The notes under the pieces were generated by a model that was given only the letters and a program-made list of their open reading frames with translations, did not search any database and was not told the DNA's origin. Position numbers and translations under genes: made by a program. DNA of 64,000 nt from the human T2T-CHM13v2.0 reference genome, Homo sapiens, in assembly GCF_009914755.1 (NCBI RefSeq), contig NC_060943.1; one strand, 5' to 3'. Shown here one piece after another: positions 13,756-29,322 of this stretch (position 1 is its first letter; the number at the start of each line of letters is the position of its first letter).

Positions 13756-14300
13756 TGTTATAGGAAAGGGGTCTGGATACAGACCCCAAGAGAGGGTTCT
13801 TGGATCTCACCAAGAAAGAATTCAGGTCGAGTCCATAAAGTGAAAGCAAGTTTATGAAGAAAGTAAAGGAATAAAAGAATGGCTACTCCATAGACAGAGC
13901 AGCCGTGAGGGCTGCTGCTTGCCCATTTTTATGGTTATTTCTTGACGATATGCTAAACAAGGGGTGGATTATTCATACCTCCCCCTTTTAGTCCATATAT
14001 GGTAACTTCCTGATGTTGCCATGGCATTTGTAAACTGTCATGGCTCTGGTGGGAAGGTAGTAGTGAGGATGACTAGAGGTCACTCCCGTTGTCTTCTTGG
14101 TTTTGGTGGAGTTCCACTGGCTTCTGTGCAACCTGTTTTATCAGCAAGGTCTTCATGACCTGTATCTTGTGCCGACCTCCTGTCTCATCCTGTGACTTAG
14201 AATGCCTTAAGTGTCTGGGAATGCAGCCCAGTAGGTCTCAGCCTCATTTTACCCAGCCTTTATTCAAGATGGAGTTGCTCTTGTTCAAATGTCTCTGACA
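13756..14300 (-). mobile_element. MER41A solo LTR
   Basis: Reverse complement of the 4476-5022 type; 4-bp TSD gatg (13752-13755 and 14301-14304). Confidence 0.9.
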
Positions 14301-14639
14301 GATGTAATAGGTAACGCTCAGAAACTGGCATCAGAGGCTATGCAACCTGAACAGAATTGGCTGACATATATCTCCGGGTATAAAGAAAGTCTCAGCTTTC
14401 CCCTGAGATGTAATGATGAATGTCCCTAAAGCTTCCTTCACCCTTCCATGCTAAACTCGCTCCACTGTTCCATCATCTGCTTTGAAGCCACAAGGACAGC
14501 CAGTTAGGACTTTGTCATCATCACTTTTAACTTTTGTTTAACTTTTAACAAAGATTGGCCTTTTTAAAGGCTCAATTATATTTAAAAAAAAAAACAAAAC
14601 AAAACTTCCTGCCACTTACGCAGTCCATTCATTTTAAAC

Positions 14640-15800
14640 AAAGTTGATAATGCAAGTCAATGGGAAAAGAATAGTCTTTTTCAACACATGGAATTGGAAA
14701 AACTGGATACCTATATGGATAAAAATGAACTTTGATCCCTTACTCCATACTCTGCACAAGCATTAAATTAAGATCAACTGAGATTTGACCTGAACATAAA
14801 ATCTAAAATTTTGAAGCTTTTACAATAAAGCAAAGGTAGACAAAGACTCCTTCTACAAATACCTGGCACTAAACATTAAAAAATCATAAATTGTGCTTCA
14901 TCAAAAATACATCTGCTCTTCAAGATAGATGAAAAGGCAATTCACTGACTTTGAAACCAAGTATTTGTGTTCAGAATATGTAAAGGAATTCTAAAACTCA
15001 ACATAAAAAGACAAAAATAAAACAAAAACACACGCAAAAAAAAAAAAAAATAGAAAATGAGCAAATTATTTGGACAAAAATCTCCCAAAAAAGGAAATGC
15101 AAATAGCTAGCAATCACAGGAAAAGATGCTCGATATTATTAGTTATCAAGGAAATAAAAAGTGAAACCATGAGATACTCCTACCCATTAGAATGGCTACA
15201 GTTAAAACGACTGACAATACTAAGTTTTGATGAGGATGTGGAGCAATTGGAATGCTCATGTATTGAGGTGAGAATATAAAATGGTGCAACTACTTTTAAT
15301 AACTACCCTATGGCTCAACAATTCCATTTATAGATATATACCAAAAAGTTATGAAAACATATATTCATCCACACAAAGACCTGTACACAGATATTCATTG
15401 TAGCATTATTCATGATAACTTCAAATGGAGCAGAACCCAAATGCTTACCAAAGGATAAATGGATAAACTTACTGTTACATATTCATATAACGACATACTA
15501 CTAACAGATAAAAAAAGGAATAACTATTGTTACCTGCAATGGAAACATATATAAATCTCAGAAATAGTATGTTGTTAAATAGGCCAGATACCAAATAGAA
15601 TATGTTGCATGATTCCATTTATATAAAGTTCTAGTAGAGGCAACATGAAAGCCATGGTAATAAGAACAGCAGTTGCCTGAAGTTTTGGGGTTTGGTGATA
15701 TGAGGAAATTTTCTGGAGTGATGGAAATATTCTTTATCTTTATTAGGCTGATGTTTTCACAGGTGAATATATTTGTGTAAACTCATCAGAATATATAAAG
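14640..15800 (+). mobile_element. Old L1 (L1MC/ME-like) 3' portion
   Basis: Degenerate ORF2 C-terminus (MQIASNHRKRCSILLVIKEI) and 3'UTR. Confidence 0.8.
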
Positions 15801-15846
15801 GATCCTACAACTCAAAATAGAATTTTAAAAAACCACAAAAAGTTAT

Positions 15847-16360
15847 TGTGATGGTTAATATTGAGTGTCAACTTGATTGGATTGAAATGATATAAGTATT
15901 GCTCCTGGGTGTGTCTATGAGGGTACTGTCAAAGAAGATTAATATTTGAGTCAGTAGACTGGGAGAGGCAGCCCCTTCCTCAATTTGGGTGTGCACCATC
16001 TAATCAGCTGCCAGCGTGGTAGGATAAAAGCAGGCAGAGGAACGGGAAAGGACTAGACTGGTTTTGTCTTCTGGCCTACATCTTTCTCCCAGCTGGATGC
16101 TTCCTGCCCTCGAAAATCAGACTCCAAGTTCTTCAACTCTGGGACTCGGACCTTTGAACACAGACTGAAGGCTGCACTGTCGGCTTCCTTACTTTTGAGG
16201 CTTTGGGACTTGGACTGACTTCCTGGATCCTCAGCTTGCAGATGGCCTATTGTGGGACCTCACCTTGTGATCACGTGAGTCAGTGCTCCTTAACAAACTC
16301 CCCTTTGTATATACATCTATCCTACTACTTCTGTCACTCTAGAGAACCTTGACGAATACG
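15847..16360 (+). mobile_element. MLT2A (HERV-L) solo LTR
   Basis: TGTGATGGTTAATATTGAGTGTCAACTTGATTGGATTGAA start; 5-bp TSD gttat. Confidence 0.9.
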
Positions 16361-17564
16361 GTTATGCATTTTTATTAATGTAAATTATGCCTTAATTAAC
16401 AATAAATACCTTCTCAACCTCCAAAAAGAGACTTTCTGTCTGAAACTTGAGAATAAGTCTAAAGTTTTCATTTAATAATGAATTTGTAAAAGACAGGAAA
16501 ATTGATTTTGGCATTAATTTGTTCAACAAATATCTGTTGAGCATGTCCTATGTGGCAGGGGCTGAGTGTGGGGTGTGGAGTGGGTGAATGTAAGGAACAT
16601 ATAGTTCCTGGCTCCCTAGAGCTTATTATGGTCTAGGGGTTGGAGAGAATTGGTACATTGGGATTTTAAAGGGGGTGCCAAAAGTGGTGATGACAAAGTT
16701 CAGGGAAGAACAACTGGAGTGGAGGGAGGGCATCAACATGGATGCTGAACCAAGCCAATGTACTGCTAAGAGTGAGGTGGAAAGTATCATGCGAACCCCA
16801 GAGCTTCAATTGTCAATACATACTGGGGTGTGACCAGCAGATTGATAGAAGACAGCAAAGAGAGATGGGTAAATGCCAATAGAGCAGAATAGCATGACTT
16901 GTCAAGAGACAGGACTTTTCAAGGTGAAAGGAAGGGAGATGGTCCTGAAGCAGCAGTCATGTCTGTGACCCAACCAAGCCCTAAGCGATGACAGATAGAA
17001 ACAGAGTCAGGGTCCTCAGAGGACAACTTAGTTTTAATTAAGGACAGAAGTTGAGAAGAATATTTTAAGAAACATTTGAGGGCATATTACAGTTTGCTGG
17101 CTATGGGTTAGGGTAGGGTAGAAGAGAGAGATTTGGAATAAAGGGTATGGATGGGACAAGACAAAGCAGGGCACCAGCCCTACCTTGGACCTTTCCTTAA
17201 CTTGAGAAAGTCATGTCCATGTTGATTCAGCCAATCTGACTCAGGTATTATGTAACTTGAAATTGAACCATCCCAACTGATATAAGTGGTGATACTGAGT
17301 AACACAAATGTGCTTTCTGGATTCACACATGCACTTTTTTTTACATGAAAAGTTCAAACTTCTATGTGGAGATTTTTTTCAACAGTATCCTCAAGAAGTA
17401 TTCATCATGCAACTCTTTCTAGGAAAGGTATTTTAAAAAGAAGAAAAATGTCATTTCTGGCCCCAGAATGTCAAGACATACATCTCTGAGAGATTTAGTT
17501 CTAATTATTATTGTAGAGTCTTGTGGGTGTTTCTTATAATTTTAATTTTTACAAAAAACAAATC

Positions 17565-17680
17565 TGTCCATCCATGCATCTATGTATGTATGTATATATG
17601 TATGTATCTATCTTCATCATCATCATAATTATCCATCTATGATCTATCTATTGTGTATCTATCTAATAATCTACCTATGC
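17565..17680. repeat. Degenerate (TCCA/TATG/TCTA)n microsatellite
   Basis: Seen directly. Confidence 0.8.
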
Positions 17681-18765
17681 AGAACTGCAAAATTCACAGG
17701 ACTGGCCCATACTGCCCTCTGCTCCCCACTTTGTCTAAACTTCAAAATGAAGTTTCTGGACACAGGGCTATGAAATGCAAAATGAAACAACTCATGTCCA
17801 ATGCTCTGACACTCTGCTGCTCATGAAAACCTGCAATATCCAACTGAGTTTTTCATTTTTAACATCAGCAGGTCTAGTTCTCTATCTTCATAGAGAGTTA
17901 TTTTTAATTTTATTAGGGGATAAATTCTTTTTTAATAAAGAAATTATTAGGTATCAAAATACCACAATCTCTTTATGGATCCAACTAGATTATGTGTATG
18001 GGCAAAGTATTTTCAACTTAAGAATAACATTCCTGTTCCTTGAATACTATTTTGAAAGTTTGGATTAAGGGATATTAACTTCCTTAAGACAAAACAGACT
18101 CACAGTTGAAAACTACTCACCTTGTATATAGAAGTTGCTTAATTAATATCAATGATTTTTATTGAATTGGAACAAAATAGACTATAACTTTTTATAAGAT
18201 ACATATGGGTTTGTTACTAAATATTATTAAAATGAATGTAATGCAATAATATTCTTATTTTGAGGTAATACATATATAGTCTGCAAAAATTAGGTTTCCT
18301 GGTGTCATTAACCACTTATGCAATTATTTTTCTGAAATGAATACACATGCTGTACGTGCAGTTTTGCCTGATATAAGTTTTAAAACAACGTATATTGGAA
18401 TCTTGGAACTAAAAATGAGAAAATCAGTGTCCCCTTGATGTCAATTTCAGTTTCAACTACACTTGCTATTTTATTTTTAATCAGTTACTTACATTATCTC
18501 CACATTGTCACAGTTGATGGTATTTGTTTTCTTCTCTGTGACCATAATTTGCACAGATTTAACCATAATGCATCGTTAAAGATTACAAGAAATCTTTTAG
18601 ACACAGCTCCTCTCAGTTGCTGAGAGTCCAACCTTTACTCATTTGTTTTCTTCATGAATATATATTTCCTGAGTTGTATGTTTGTACATAGCTATTTGTA
18701 GCCTTTGAAGTTTATGGAAGTTTGTTTGGTTGCATTCTTGGGGCACATTTTCTTTCCCTGAGGAC

Positions 18766-19185
18766 TGTTAAGGTTAGGATATTTGACCCTTTCAAAGCTC
18801 ATGTTGAAATTTAGTCCCCAGTATTGGAGGCTGGGCCTAATAGAAGGTGTTTGGGTCATGGGGACAGAGCCCTCCCATTGAATAGGTTAATGTCCTCTCC
18901 TGATGGTGAATGAATTCTTCCTCTATTAGTTCCTGCAAGACCTGCTTCTTAAAAGAGTGGGCCACCTCCCGGTTTCTCTCTTGCTTCCTCTCTCATGTAA
19001 TCTCTGCACATGCTGGCTTCCCCTCCTCTTCTGCCATGAGTGAGAGCAGGCTGTGGCCATCACCAGATGAAGATGCCCAATTTTGAACTTTCCAGCCACC
19101 AGAATCATAAGCCAAATCATCTCTTTTCCTTTATAAATTATGCAGCCTCGGGTATTCTTTATAGCAACACAAAAGGGACAAGGAC
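18766..19185 (+). mobile_element. MST-family MaLR LTR
   Basis: ctcatgttgaaatt...gtgtttgggtcatgggg...ggtattctttatagcaacac. Confidence 0.85.
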
Positions 19186-21884
19186 TTTTTATATCTTGCC
19201 CCACTGTCTTCTAGCATTTCATCTGTCACATAAAGAAATATTAGCCTCCTAGGTTTTTTTTTTCTGAATATCCACAGAATTCTTTCCATAACTTCAAATA
19301 CCAGGAATTTATTGGGGTATTTGTTAATTATTCAATATAAACACAGCCTTGTAATTCTTGGGCTATTTCTGTCTGCAGATTCAAATTTCATTGTATTTCA
19401 GGAATTTCACCTTGAATTGTATCTTTGAAAATTTGTTTTCATGTTCCATTCATTTTTTAACCCATGCAAGGCATTTAGTGTTAAAGATATTTGATCTCTT
19501 CCCTACCACCCCTCCCATCCCCCTCTTTTTCTCTATCTCTGTCTTCCGTCTTTTACTTTTTGTTCTTTTCCATCTCACTTGCTCATTTTTTCTTCTCAAA
19601 ACCATCCTTTGAATTCCTTCAGTAGTGTCTCATCTCCCTTTTGCTGCTTCTATCATGACCTTTGATTTTGGTCTCTTTTTGTGTCTCTCTCTCTGAGATT
19701 CTGAGGCTCTGCCTATTCTGTTTTTATTCTCATTTGTTTCTAATTTGTTTCCAAGACTCTGTCTACTCCCTTTTCATTGTCATTTATTCCTAATTTATTT
19801 CTGAGGCTTTACCCACTCACTTTTCATTCCCGTTTAACCTAATGTATTATCAGTTCTTCCTTAAAGCCTTATATTGCGTCTTTAAATTCTCATTTCAGAG
19901 AAACAATATTGTCTTTAATTGATTCCTTAGAAATAACTTTGTTCATGGTTTTTGGCTCCATTGTGGTATATAATCTTTCCAGGTGTTATCGTCATAAATC
20001 ATGTTCTGTCCTTTTTTTTTCATTTCAGCATCATTTTAAAGGCCCCCAGCTGGCTCTACCCTTTTTAAGTAGCATTGTTCCTCATCTTTTTAAACTAGAA
20101 TTTTGGGCAAAGTTCTGGTGAAAGGGGAAGAGGAATGTGCCAAACAAATGGGAAGATTGGGTTTCAATCTGTTATCTCTAGGATTTTTCTCAGCTGGACT
20201 TGGCCTGTGGGTTATCTGGTCCAGCATAGCAGGACATCTTCTGGGCTCACAAGGAGGCTGTGCATTTTACAGAACATTTTAACGTGATTATTTTACCTTG
20301 ACTTATCTTCACCAGGCAGCTTTGGGCAAAGACGGCCAGGTAGCTTTTATCTTATTGACTCTTCCTTCTATCCTATGCCATGATTGAAACATGATGTAGG
20401 CTTCCAAAACCAGGCCATGAACCTTGATCTTAACTTTCTAAGCATGGGATAGACACATTTCCTTTCAATGTGTGCCACCCATCCACTTTGGATAACTACG
20501 AGCTGAGTCCACTCTGCCTGAGTCACACATAGAAAGACATCTTCTCTTGGATTTCCCAAATACCTCCATCCACTTCTCATACACTTGGCTATCTTCCTGC
20601 ATCTACTGTGATCCAGGGTTATAGGGGACCTGTAGCTTCATCAAAGATAACATTTGTTTGTTTCTTCTTCTCTTGTTTGCTTTGGATTGGTTTCATAAAG
20701 GAAATCAGACAAAAATATACTTACACTACCATTTGAAAAGAAAAGATAAATTCCTTCTTTCAAATTCATTCCTTTTTGTTTCTTTCCAATGAATCTCATG
20801 GGGTGAGGGGGGGACTGAAGAGAATGTCCAATCTAGTCAAATCCAAAAAGTCACAGGTATAAGGCACAGAAAATTTTACCAGTCTAATGATGGCAGTTTT
20901 AATGCTGTATAAGGACAGACTATGCAAAAATGCTATTAATGAGGATGAGGAGCTACAGGAACAAACCTGATGAGGAACTGTAATTCTATTAGAGGGATGT
21001 ATAGAGCCATCATTTTTTTCTTTAATCCAAAACAATTAGATTGCTTATATCGACAGCCACACTGAATTCTAAGCTATTTGTTTGAAATGCACCAGAGGAT
21101 GCAGATATATATATATCCTTTTACCTTAATTTAAATTTTATTCTTTCCCTCCCGTTTTATCTGTGCTATAGAGTATATTTTTCCCACTTGAGCTCAACAT
21201 GCTGTTGTGCAGAAAGCCTTCTCTTGGGAATTCCCAAAATGTTGGCCCAGATGAGTGCAGCAGACATTTGGCCTAGGTGAGCCTAGCAGATATTTACATG
21301 AAATATTAGGGAGCATCCATCTGGGCTATGTGACTTAGGCTGGCAATACACGAAAGAGGATTCCAATTTGTTGTATAAATCACCCTCAGAGCCCCCAACA
21401 GTGAACACATAGGGGGTTCTTTTCATTTTCATGATGCTTAATATAATCTTTAAAAATAATTAAAATTAGGTGAAGTGTGTAGATTTCTGAGAGATTACAG
21501 ACAGACATTAGTTTTGATACCTCTTGCTTGTAGCATTTGACCAACATAAACAAACGAAAAGGTTTAAAAAGAACAGGGATTCTTCCCAGTAGTATAGTGC
21601 AATGGGTAGGGGAAAAAAGTTCAAAATTGATACATAGACCAATATTATTCTCAAAACTCATACCATTGTGATTGGGAAGAAATGAATACATGTTACTTAG
21701 TCACTTCATGTTACTATATACTTATATTAAAACAACAAAAAGGAAATTACAGGAAAAAAAGTCATACATTTAAAGGATGGAAGAAAATCCTAGGTTTACT
21801 CAGAGCTCAAGATCCCATTGGGATGAATATTGTTCTTTCCTTGGATTGTTCCTTCATTTCATTCATTCACTTATGTATGCATTT

Positions 21885-22197
21885 ATTTATTTAGAGATGG
21901 GGTCTATTTCTGTATTTATTTATTTACTTATTTATGGAGTGTTACTCTGTTGCCCAGGCTGGAGTATAGTGGCACAATCATAGCTCACTGCAGCCTTGAA
22001 CTCCTAGGCTCAAGTGATGCTCCTGCATCAGCCTCCTGAGTAGCTGGGACTACAGGTGTTTGCCACCATGCCCCACTAATATTTAAGTTTTTTTGTATTG
22101 ATTGGGTCTCCCTATGTTGCCCAGGCTGGCCTTAAACTTTTCAGCTCAGCGATCTTCTGCCCTGGCCTCCCAAAGTGCTAGGATTACAGGTGTGTCC
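21885..22197 (-). mobile_element. AluJ
   Basis: Diverged Alu with a (TTTA)n tail. Confidence 0.85.
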
Positions 22198-22336
22198 CTT
22201 CATTTCTAATGAAGGAAGGTTTTCCTTTGAATATCTCACAACAGATATTTTTAAAAGAAAGGCAGATTTGAAGCAACCATCAACAAGGTTTACTTGAAAA
22301 TTAATGATATTTACAAGTGCATTATATAACAGAAAT

Positions 22337-22719
22337 GTTACAGACTGAATTGTGCCACACCTACCCCAAAACTCTTATGTTGAAATCCTAACACCCAGTA
22401 CCCGGAATGATTGTATTTGGAGATGGGTCATTAAGGAGGAAATTAAAGTAAAATGAGGTCACATGGGTGGGCCCTAATCCAATAGGACTGGTGTCCTTAT
22501 AAGAAGAGGAGATGAGGACACAGACACACACAGAGAGAAGACCCTGTGAGGATGCAGGGAGAAGACACCATCTACAAGCCCAGGAGAGGGGCCTCAGGAG
22601 GCACCATCCCTGCTGACACCTTGATCTCAGACCTCTAGCTTCTAGAACTGTAAGAACAATTTCTGCTGTTTAAGCATTCCCATATGTGGGACTTTGTTAT
22701 GGCTGCCTGAGCAGCCTAA
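22337..22719 (+). mobile_element. MLT1A/B MaLR LTR
   Basis: gggccctaatccaataggactggtgtccttataag motif. Confidence 0.85.
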
Positions 22720-25700
22720 TGGGAGTGCAAAGACTTTCTTTAAATAATGTATAACAATGTTGGTTTGGAAATGACTATCCAGTGTTGAGTTCAAAACTTT
22801 ATCTTTATGGGTGCTGCTATGAGTGAGTGTCTAATTTGGGGGCATAATAGTGACATTCTTCGGGAGAAATGCAGACTCCAATCAGTGCAGAAAATGGCAC
22901 AGAATAATGTTTAAAAATGCCCTCCAGGCCATAACATGGTTGGGTTAGGAGGAGGAATACTAACCATTCCAATCGTAAAACAGAGAATTTTGGGTTTCTT
23001 TCATGAGTTCATCACCTCTGACCTTCACAGGTAAGGGACCATCACACAGACATCTGCCATTTTCATATAACTCTCTATCCAAACAAAGGCTGAAAATTCA
23101 GCATGGAGGAACTCTCCCAGCACCCGTGGTCAGCCCCTTGGCCTGCAACCCCACCCTGGGCACTGGTGTGGGGGTGGGATTCTTTATGAACTTGGGCCCC
23201 AGTTCTGCTTCCCCTGGAAAGCTGGACCCACACAACATCACCTTCATATGCAGACCCTCATGTGTGGGCACCTGTGCCTCCTCGGAGCTGGCGGTCAGCT
23301 CTAGAAGCTGGTTCAGGACAGGATACTCCCATCCAATCTGTGCCCACCATAGAAAAGAGTCAGCCAAGTGCCTGCTACCACAGGGCTCTTCACACATGGA
23401 AAAGCTGCCCTGTGGAAGTGTCCCAGGAAAGGTCAGGGGGACAAAAAAAGGTCACAGTGATTTGCCTCCAGACACTGGACACTCTTCCCTGGAGAGTACA
23501 GGGCATGCTGCTCTCCAAACCTGATCTTGCTACATTTGTGCTGCCCACAGTAGGGGTGTCACTGAGTTTTCAAAGAAGACAGCAGGACCTGAATTGTGCA
23601 AGGAAAATAAGTGCTTGAATTTTGTAGCATGCGTGCAGTGTTCTACTTTTTAGAATGCTACTGGGCTCCTCTGGTATTCAAGAAAGGCCCCCAACAGCTC
23701 AGATGGTAGTTTTCTAATCCTGTCTTCCCATATGCACATTTACCTCTTCCACCCAAGAACTGAATAACAGACATGAGTGCTCGGGACATCATGCTGTCTA
23801 CTGTCATCCCCTTCCTGAGACCCCCTCTCCAAATCTCTTGACAACCCTCTTCTTAGCTCCCTCTTTCTTTCTGGCCTGTTACACTCAACCTCTCCAGCGT
23901 CCTATCAAGTACCTGCTCAAACCTACTTCCTCTCCTGCTGTGCTTCTTCTTCAAAAGTGTTTTGCTTCTCATCCTCCCCTTCTTTCCTTGCCCTCTTCCC
24001 TGCTTCCGTCTTCCAAGCACTTCTCAACTACAAATGAGAAGGAAGCGATCTGATTAAACAGGTGATGAGCAGAGTCATGTTCTGAGGTGATTTGCATTTT
24101 TAAAAGGAGATTAATGACCACATCTGACAATGTCACCCTGAAATCTTATGCAGGGTGACAGGGGAGTGGGGATGAACTCCGTTCAGGGCAGGAAGCCAGA
24201 GTTTGAATCTGAAGTACTTTTCAGATGCTGAAGTCATAGGAGCTTGCAGTTACTTCCTGGGTGGAGCCATAAACAAACATCTCTTCTGCTGAGTGGGGTC
24301 TGAGAAGATAGAGGGAATGGTGACCCAGGAGCTCTGGAATTATCTGTCTGTGTTACACTTGCAGGACTACACAAATTTAACTGAAAAAACCATGCTTTTC
24401 ATCCACCTGGCTGAACTCTTAGCCTGCTCTCCTCTTATTGTTCCCTCGAAGGCATCATTTTTTGAAAGAGAAATTTAAACTCTGTCCATCTCATCCCCTT
24501 TGGAAGAACGTTAAGATTCCTTTCTGAGCTTTTTCATCATCTGGAGTTTAAAAGCTTCCCCTCCTCTGTCAACTCTCTTTGAATCCCTCATGTCACACCA
24601 AACTTCAAAAGAGACAAATACTTTTGCATGACTCCCTGCAGGCTCTGTTTTGCCCTGTAGTGACAGCCCCACGTCTTGGCTTTCCTGATTGGAAAAACTT
24701 CTCAAGCTTTCTACATTCATGATCTGCACTTCTTCAGTGCAACCTTCTCCAGTTTGTCTCTGATCTCCAATGGTCCCTGCATTAATCCTGTCCAAGCCAC
24801 AGGTGACCCTCATATCATCTCAGCTTCTACTTCCCAGTCTCTCACTCTCTTTTTTTTTTTTTTTTTTGAGACAGGGGTCTCACTCTGTTGCCCAGGTTGG
24901 TCTCAAACTGCTGGGCTCAAAAGATCCTTCACCCTCATCTTCCTGAGTAGCTGGTAGGGGTGTGAGCCCTTCTGCTTGGTCTCCAGTCCTTTGCTTTTCT
25001 TTTTTGACCTACACAACATTCGGTGGTTGACGTCCATGTTCATGTAATTGTCTTCTCTGGCTTCTCAGGGCCACCATGCATTCCCTTCTCCCTCTTTTCA
25101 TTTATTATCTTTTCATCTGGTAAGACCCATCTTCCCCTAAAGATGTATATTTTCCTCAAAGCAAGGATTGGCTTACCTTCACAAACTGAGTCTCCAATGA
25201 CCACATAAACTGAAATGCAATAGAAATCATGGACAGATGTGAGCTCTTCTTCTAATTCCTGTGTCCTCTGCTGGTTCTTCTCACCAACATCACGTACTGC
25301 TAAGTAAGCGAGTGATGTTAAGTTAGAAAATGGACTGAGTCCAGTAATTCATTTGTCATGCTCCAAAATCCTTACCTGAGATCTATCTACTCTCCAAATT
25401 ATGCTCGTTAGAAATACAGGAAGATCCTTTTCACATGAGCTAATTAGGGTGAATACATGTAAGTGTTGGTAAGAAGTACTAGAAACACTGGAATTTGTGA
25501 GATTTCATTGAAGAACCAACTTCCACCCAGCCCTTCACATTGTTCTCTTTTGGTAGTTTCTTGTCATTTCCTCCTTTTATTATCAATAGAGCTGCTGTGA
25601 ACATGCATGTACAAGTTTCTGGGTGGACATATGTTTTCATTTTTTGGGGGATGGGTAGACATGAAAGAGTAGAATTGCTGAGTTATATGATGAATCTGTG

Positions 25701-26189
25701 TTCTAACTTTTCAGAAACTGGACTTCTACTCCTTCCTGATTTCACCTTCCACGCCATTTCTGTAGTGAGGCCCACTCCTTGGCCTTACAAGACCTGAATT
25801 AAGTTAGGTGCCCAGAGCCGTTCTGTCATTGACTCTGTTCTTTCCCTTGCTAGCCTGTGTAATAATTGGCAATCAGACCTTCACGTGAGCAATGGTTTCA
25901 TATGTCTCCCCAACTATATTACAAGTTCCACGGGGGCAGAGCTATGTCTATCTCCTTGACCTCTGTATCTGCCATGCCTGGCAGTGGGCTGTGAACACCG
26001 GTCACCCTCCATAAACACTGGGAGACAAACAAGGGAGTCAGTAGAGTTAGTTTTTTGCTTTTTTACCCCCAGAACTCTTAGAATATGATTTGAGCTTTTC
26101 CTTCAACGAAGTCCTGGGGCAGGTGATCATTCATAGATGACATGAGGGAGTGCACAGCACATGAGTTTGCAGGAAAATGTAAACCCCAC

Positions 26190-26579
26190 GTTGATATTTG
26201 ATCCCCAATGTTGGAGATGGGGATTTACGGGGAGTGTTTGGGTCATGGGGGCAGATCCCTCATGAATGGCTTGGTGCTGCCCTCATGGTAATGAGTGGGT
26301 TCTCTATTCAATCCTGCAAGAGCTGATTGTTAGAAAGAGCCTGGCACCTTCCTCTCCTCTTTCTCTTGCTGCTTCTCTCACCATGTCATCTGTGCACACA
26401 ACAGCTCCCCTTCCCATTCCACCATGAGTGGAAGCTCCCTGAGGCCTCACCAGAAGCAGATGCTGGTGCAATGCTTCTTGTACAGCCTGCAGAACTGTGA
26501 GCCAAATAAACCTTTTCTTTATAAATTATCCAGCCTCACTCAGGTATTCCTTTATAGCAATGCAAAACTGACTAAGACA
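26190..26579 (+). mobile_element. MSTA/B MaLR LTR
   Basis: gggtcatgggggcagatccctcatgaatggcttgg...actaagaca. Confidence 0.85.
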
Positions 26580-28179
26580 GGGTATCAGGAGACCTAGCTT
26601 TGCCTGCATCTGAGAACTTCATCAGGACTCTTGGAACTATTTAGCCCACAGTTCCAAGGTTGATTTTTGTCACAGTAAAGTTCAGGTAGTAAGAATTCTC
26701 ACTGGTGGCTGTTGAGGGTGGTGGTGGTGGGGATGGGTCATATGGAGAATTAGCAGTGGGAGACTAGAAATTAAAGTGGAGAAAGGGAAGAATTAAAAGT
26801 CAAAAACAGTGTGAGGGAGGAAAGCAATGGATATAACACCTCAGATCTTTATCCTCGAGAGGCCTTAAAAAATCTACTTAATAATAATCAGATGCTATTC
26901 TACAAGTACTTTGAGACTAGACATGTGATGACTTGTAGGAACCTGCACTGGGGCTGAAAATGCATGCAAATCTAGCTGACTCAGCTCCAGTCTTAACTGG
27001 CTCATAACTTCCTTCATAAACATGACTGTATGTCAGCAAGGAAATGAGAGAGAATAACAGCACATCACATAGGCATGAAAAGTATTTGCAAAGCAGAAGT
27101 TCCCAAAAATGACATTTTGCAGAGTTTTCCAGAAGCAGATTCAGAAAACTGAAGACCAAAGTAATGAGGGAGCCCTATCATGCCTAGATGAGCAGAAGCA
27201 TACCAAAGGCTTAGTATTTCCCCAAGTAGTAGGCACCTCAAACTTGTTTAAGGAAAATACTCTTCTTGATGAAACAGATACTGCAGTTGAAGCAGGAATG
27301 TGTTTGGTGTGCTGCCTTAAATAGCATGGGTAGATGTTCAAACATGTTAGGACTCACTGGCCCTAGGAAAGACCCGCAAGTATCTGGTCTACACCAAGAA
27401 AGTGACAATGTAACACCAAACACCTTTTCTCCTCTAATTACCAAGAAAAGTATTTCTTTCCCAATGGTGGAAGACAATAATGTTGGGAATGATGAAGTTT
27501 TCTGGAGTGTGAAGTGGATATGTCTTATAAGTTTAATTCACAGCTTCACCACTTCATAAGTGGATAATCGAATTGTGCCTCAGTTTCCTCAGACTTGGGG
27601 ATATTAAGAGTACCCTCAGTCACCACAAGGTGGGTACCAACATAAGAAAAGGGTATAGCAAAATCCCAGGGGCACATGTTCTTAAAGTGCCTAGTGTGGG
27701 ATTAGAATGACAAGTGGTAGATGACCTACTTGTGCAGAAATTTAGAGTTATTTTGTGATTTTCAAATGATCATGTGTGCTTTCCATATGCTGTCCAGACT
27801 GGGGGTGCTGGAGCTAGAAAGGGAAGAAGGTTTCCATATTTCCTGAGACTGGAGTCACATCCTCTCACCAATGCACTCACCTGCTGACTAACCAGTGTAC
27901 TTCTGGGAATTGCAAATGCATGAAATGGCACCCATTCTAGACTAGTCACGGCAGTGTTGGTGATGGCCACAGACCAGGAACGACCCTGATGTTTATCCGT
28001 AGGGAACTAGGTCATGAGCCATGATCCTCATCATGGATACTGTGCAGCTGTGGCAAAGAATGAGGTATCCTTCTGTCTGTGCACCGGGAAAGGTTTCCAA
28101 GATACACCACACAGTGAGAAAAACAAGAAGCAGAACAATGCACGGTGTGCTACCTCTTACATTACAAAGGAGGAAATGT

Positions 28180-29322
<1,143 letters not shown>

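Noticed and set aside
23003-23524. 173-aa ORF
   Set aside because: No domain resemblance or splice context; overlapping ORFs on both strands suggest chance
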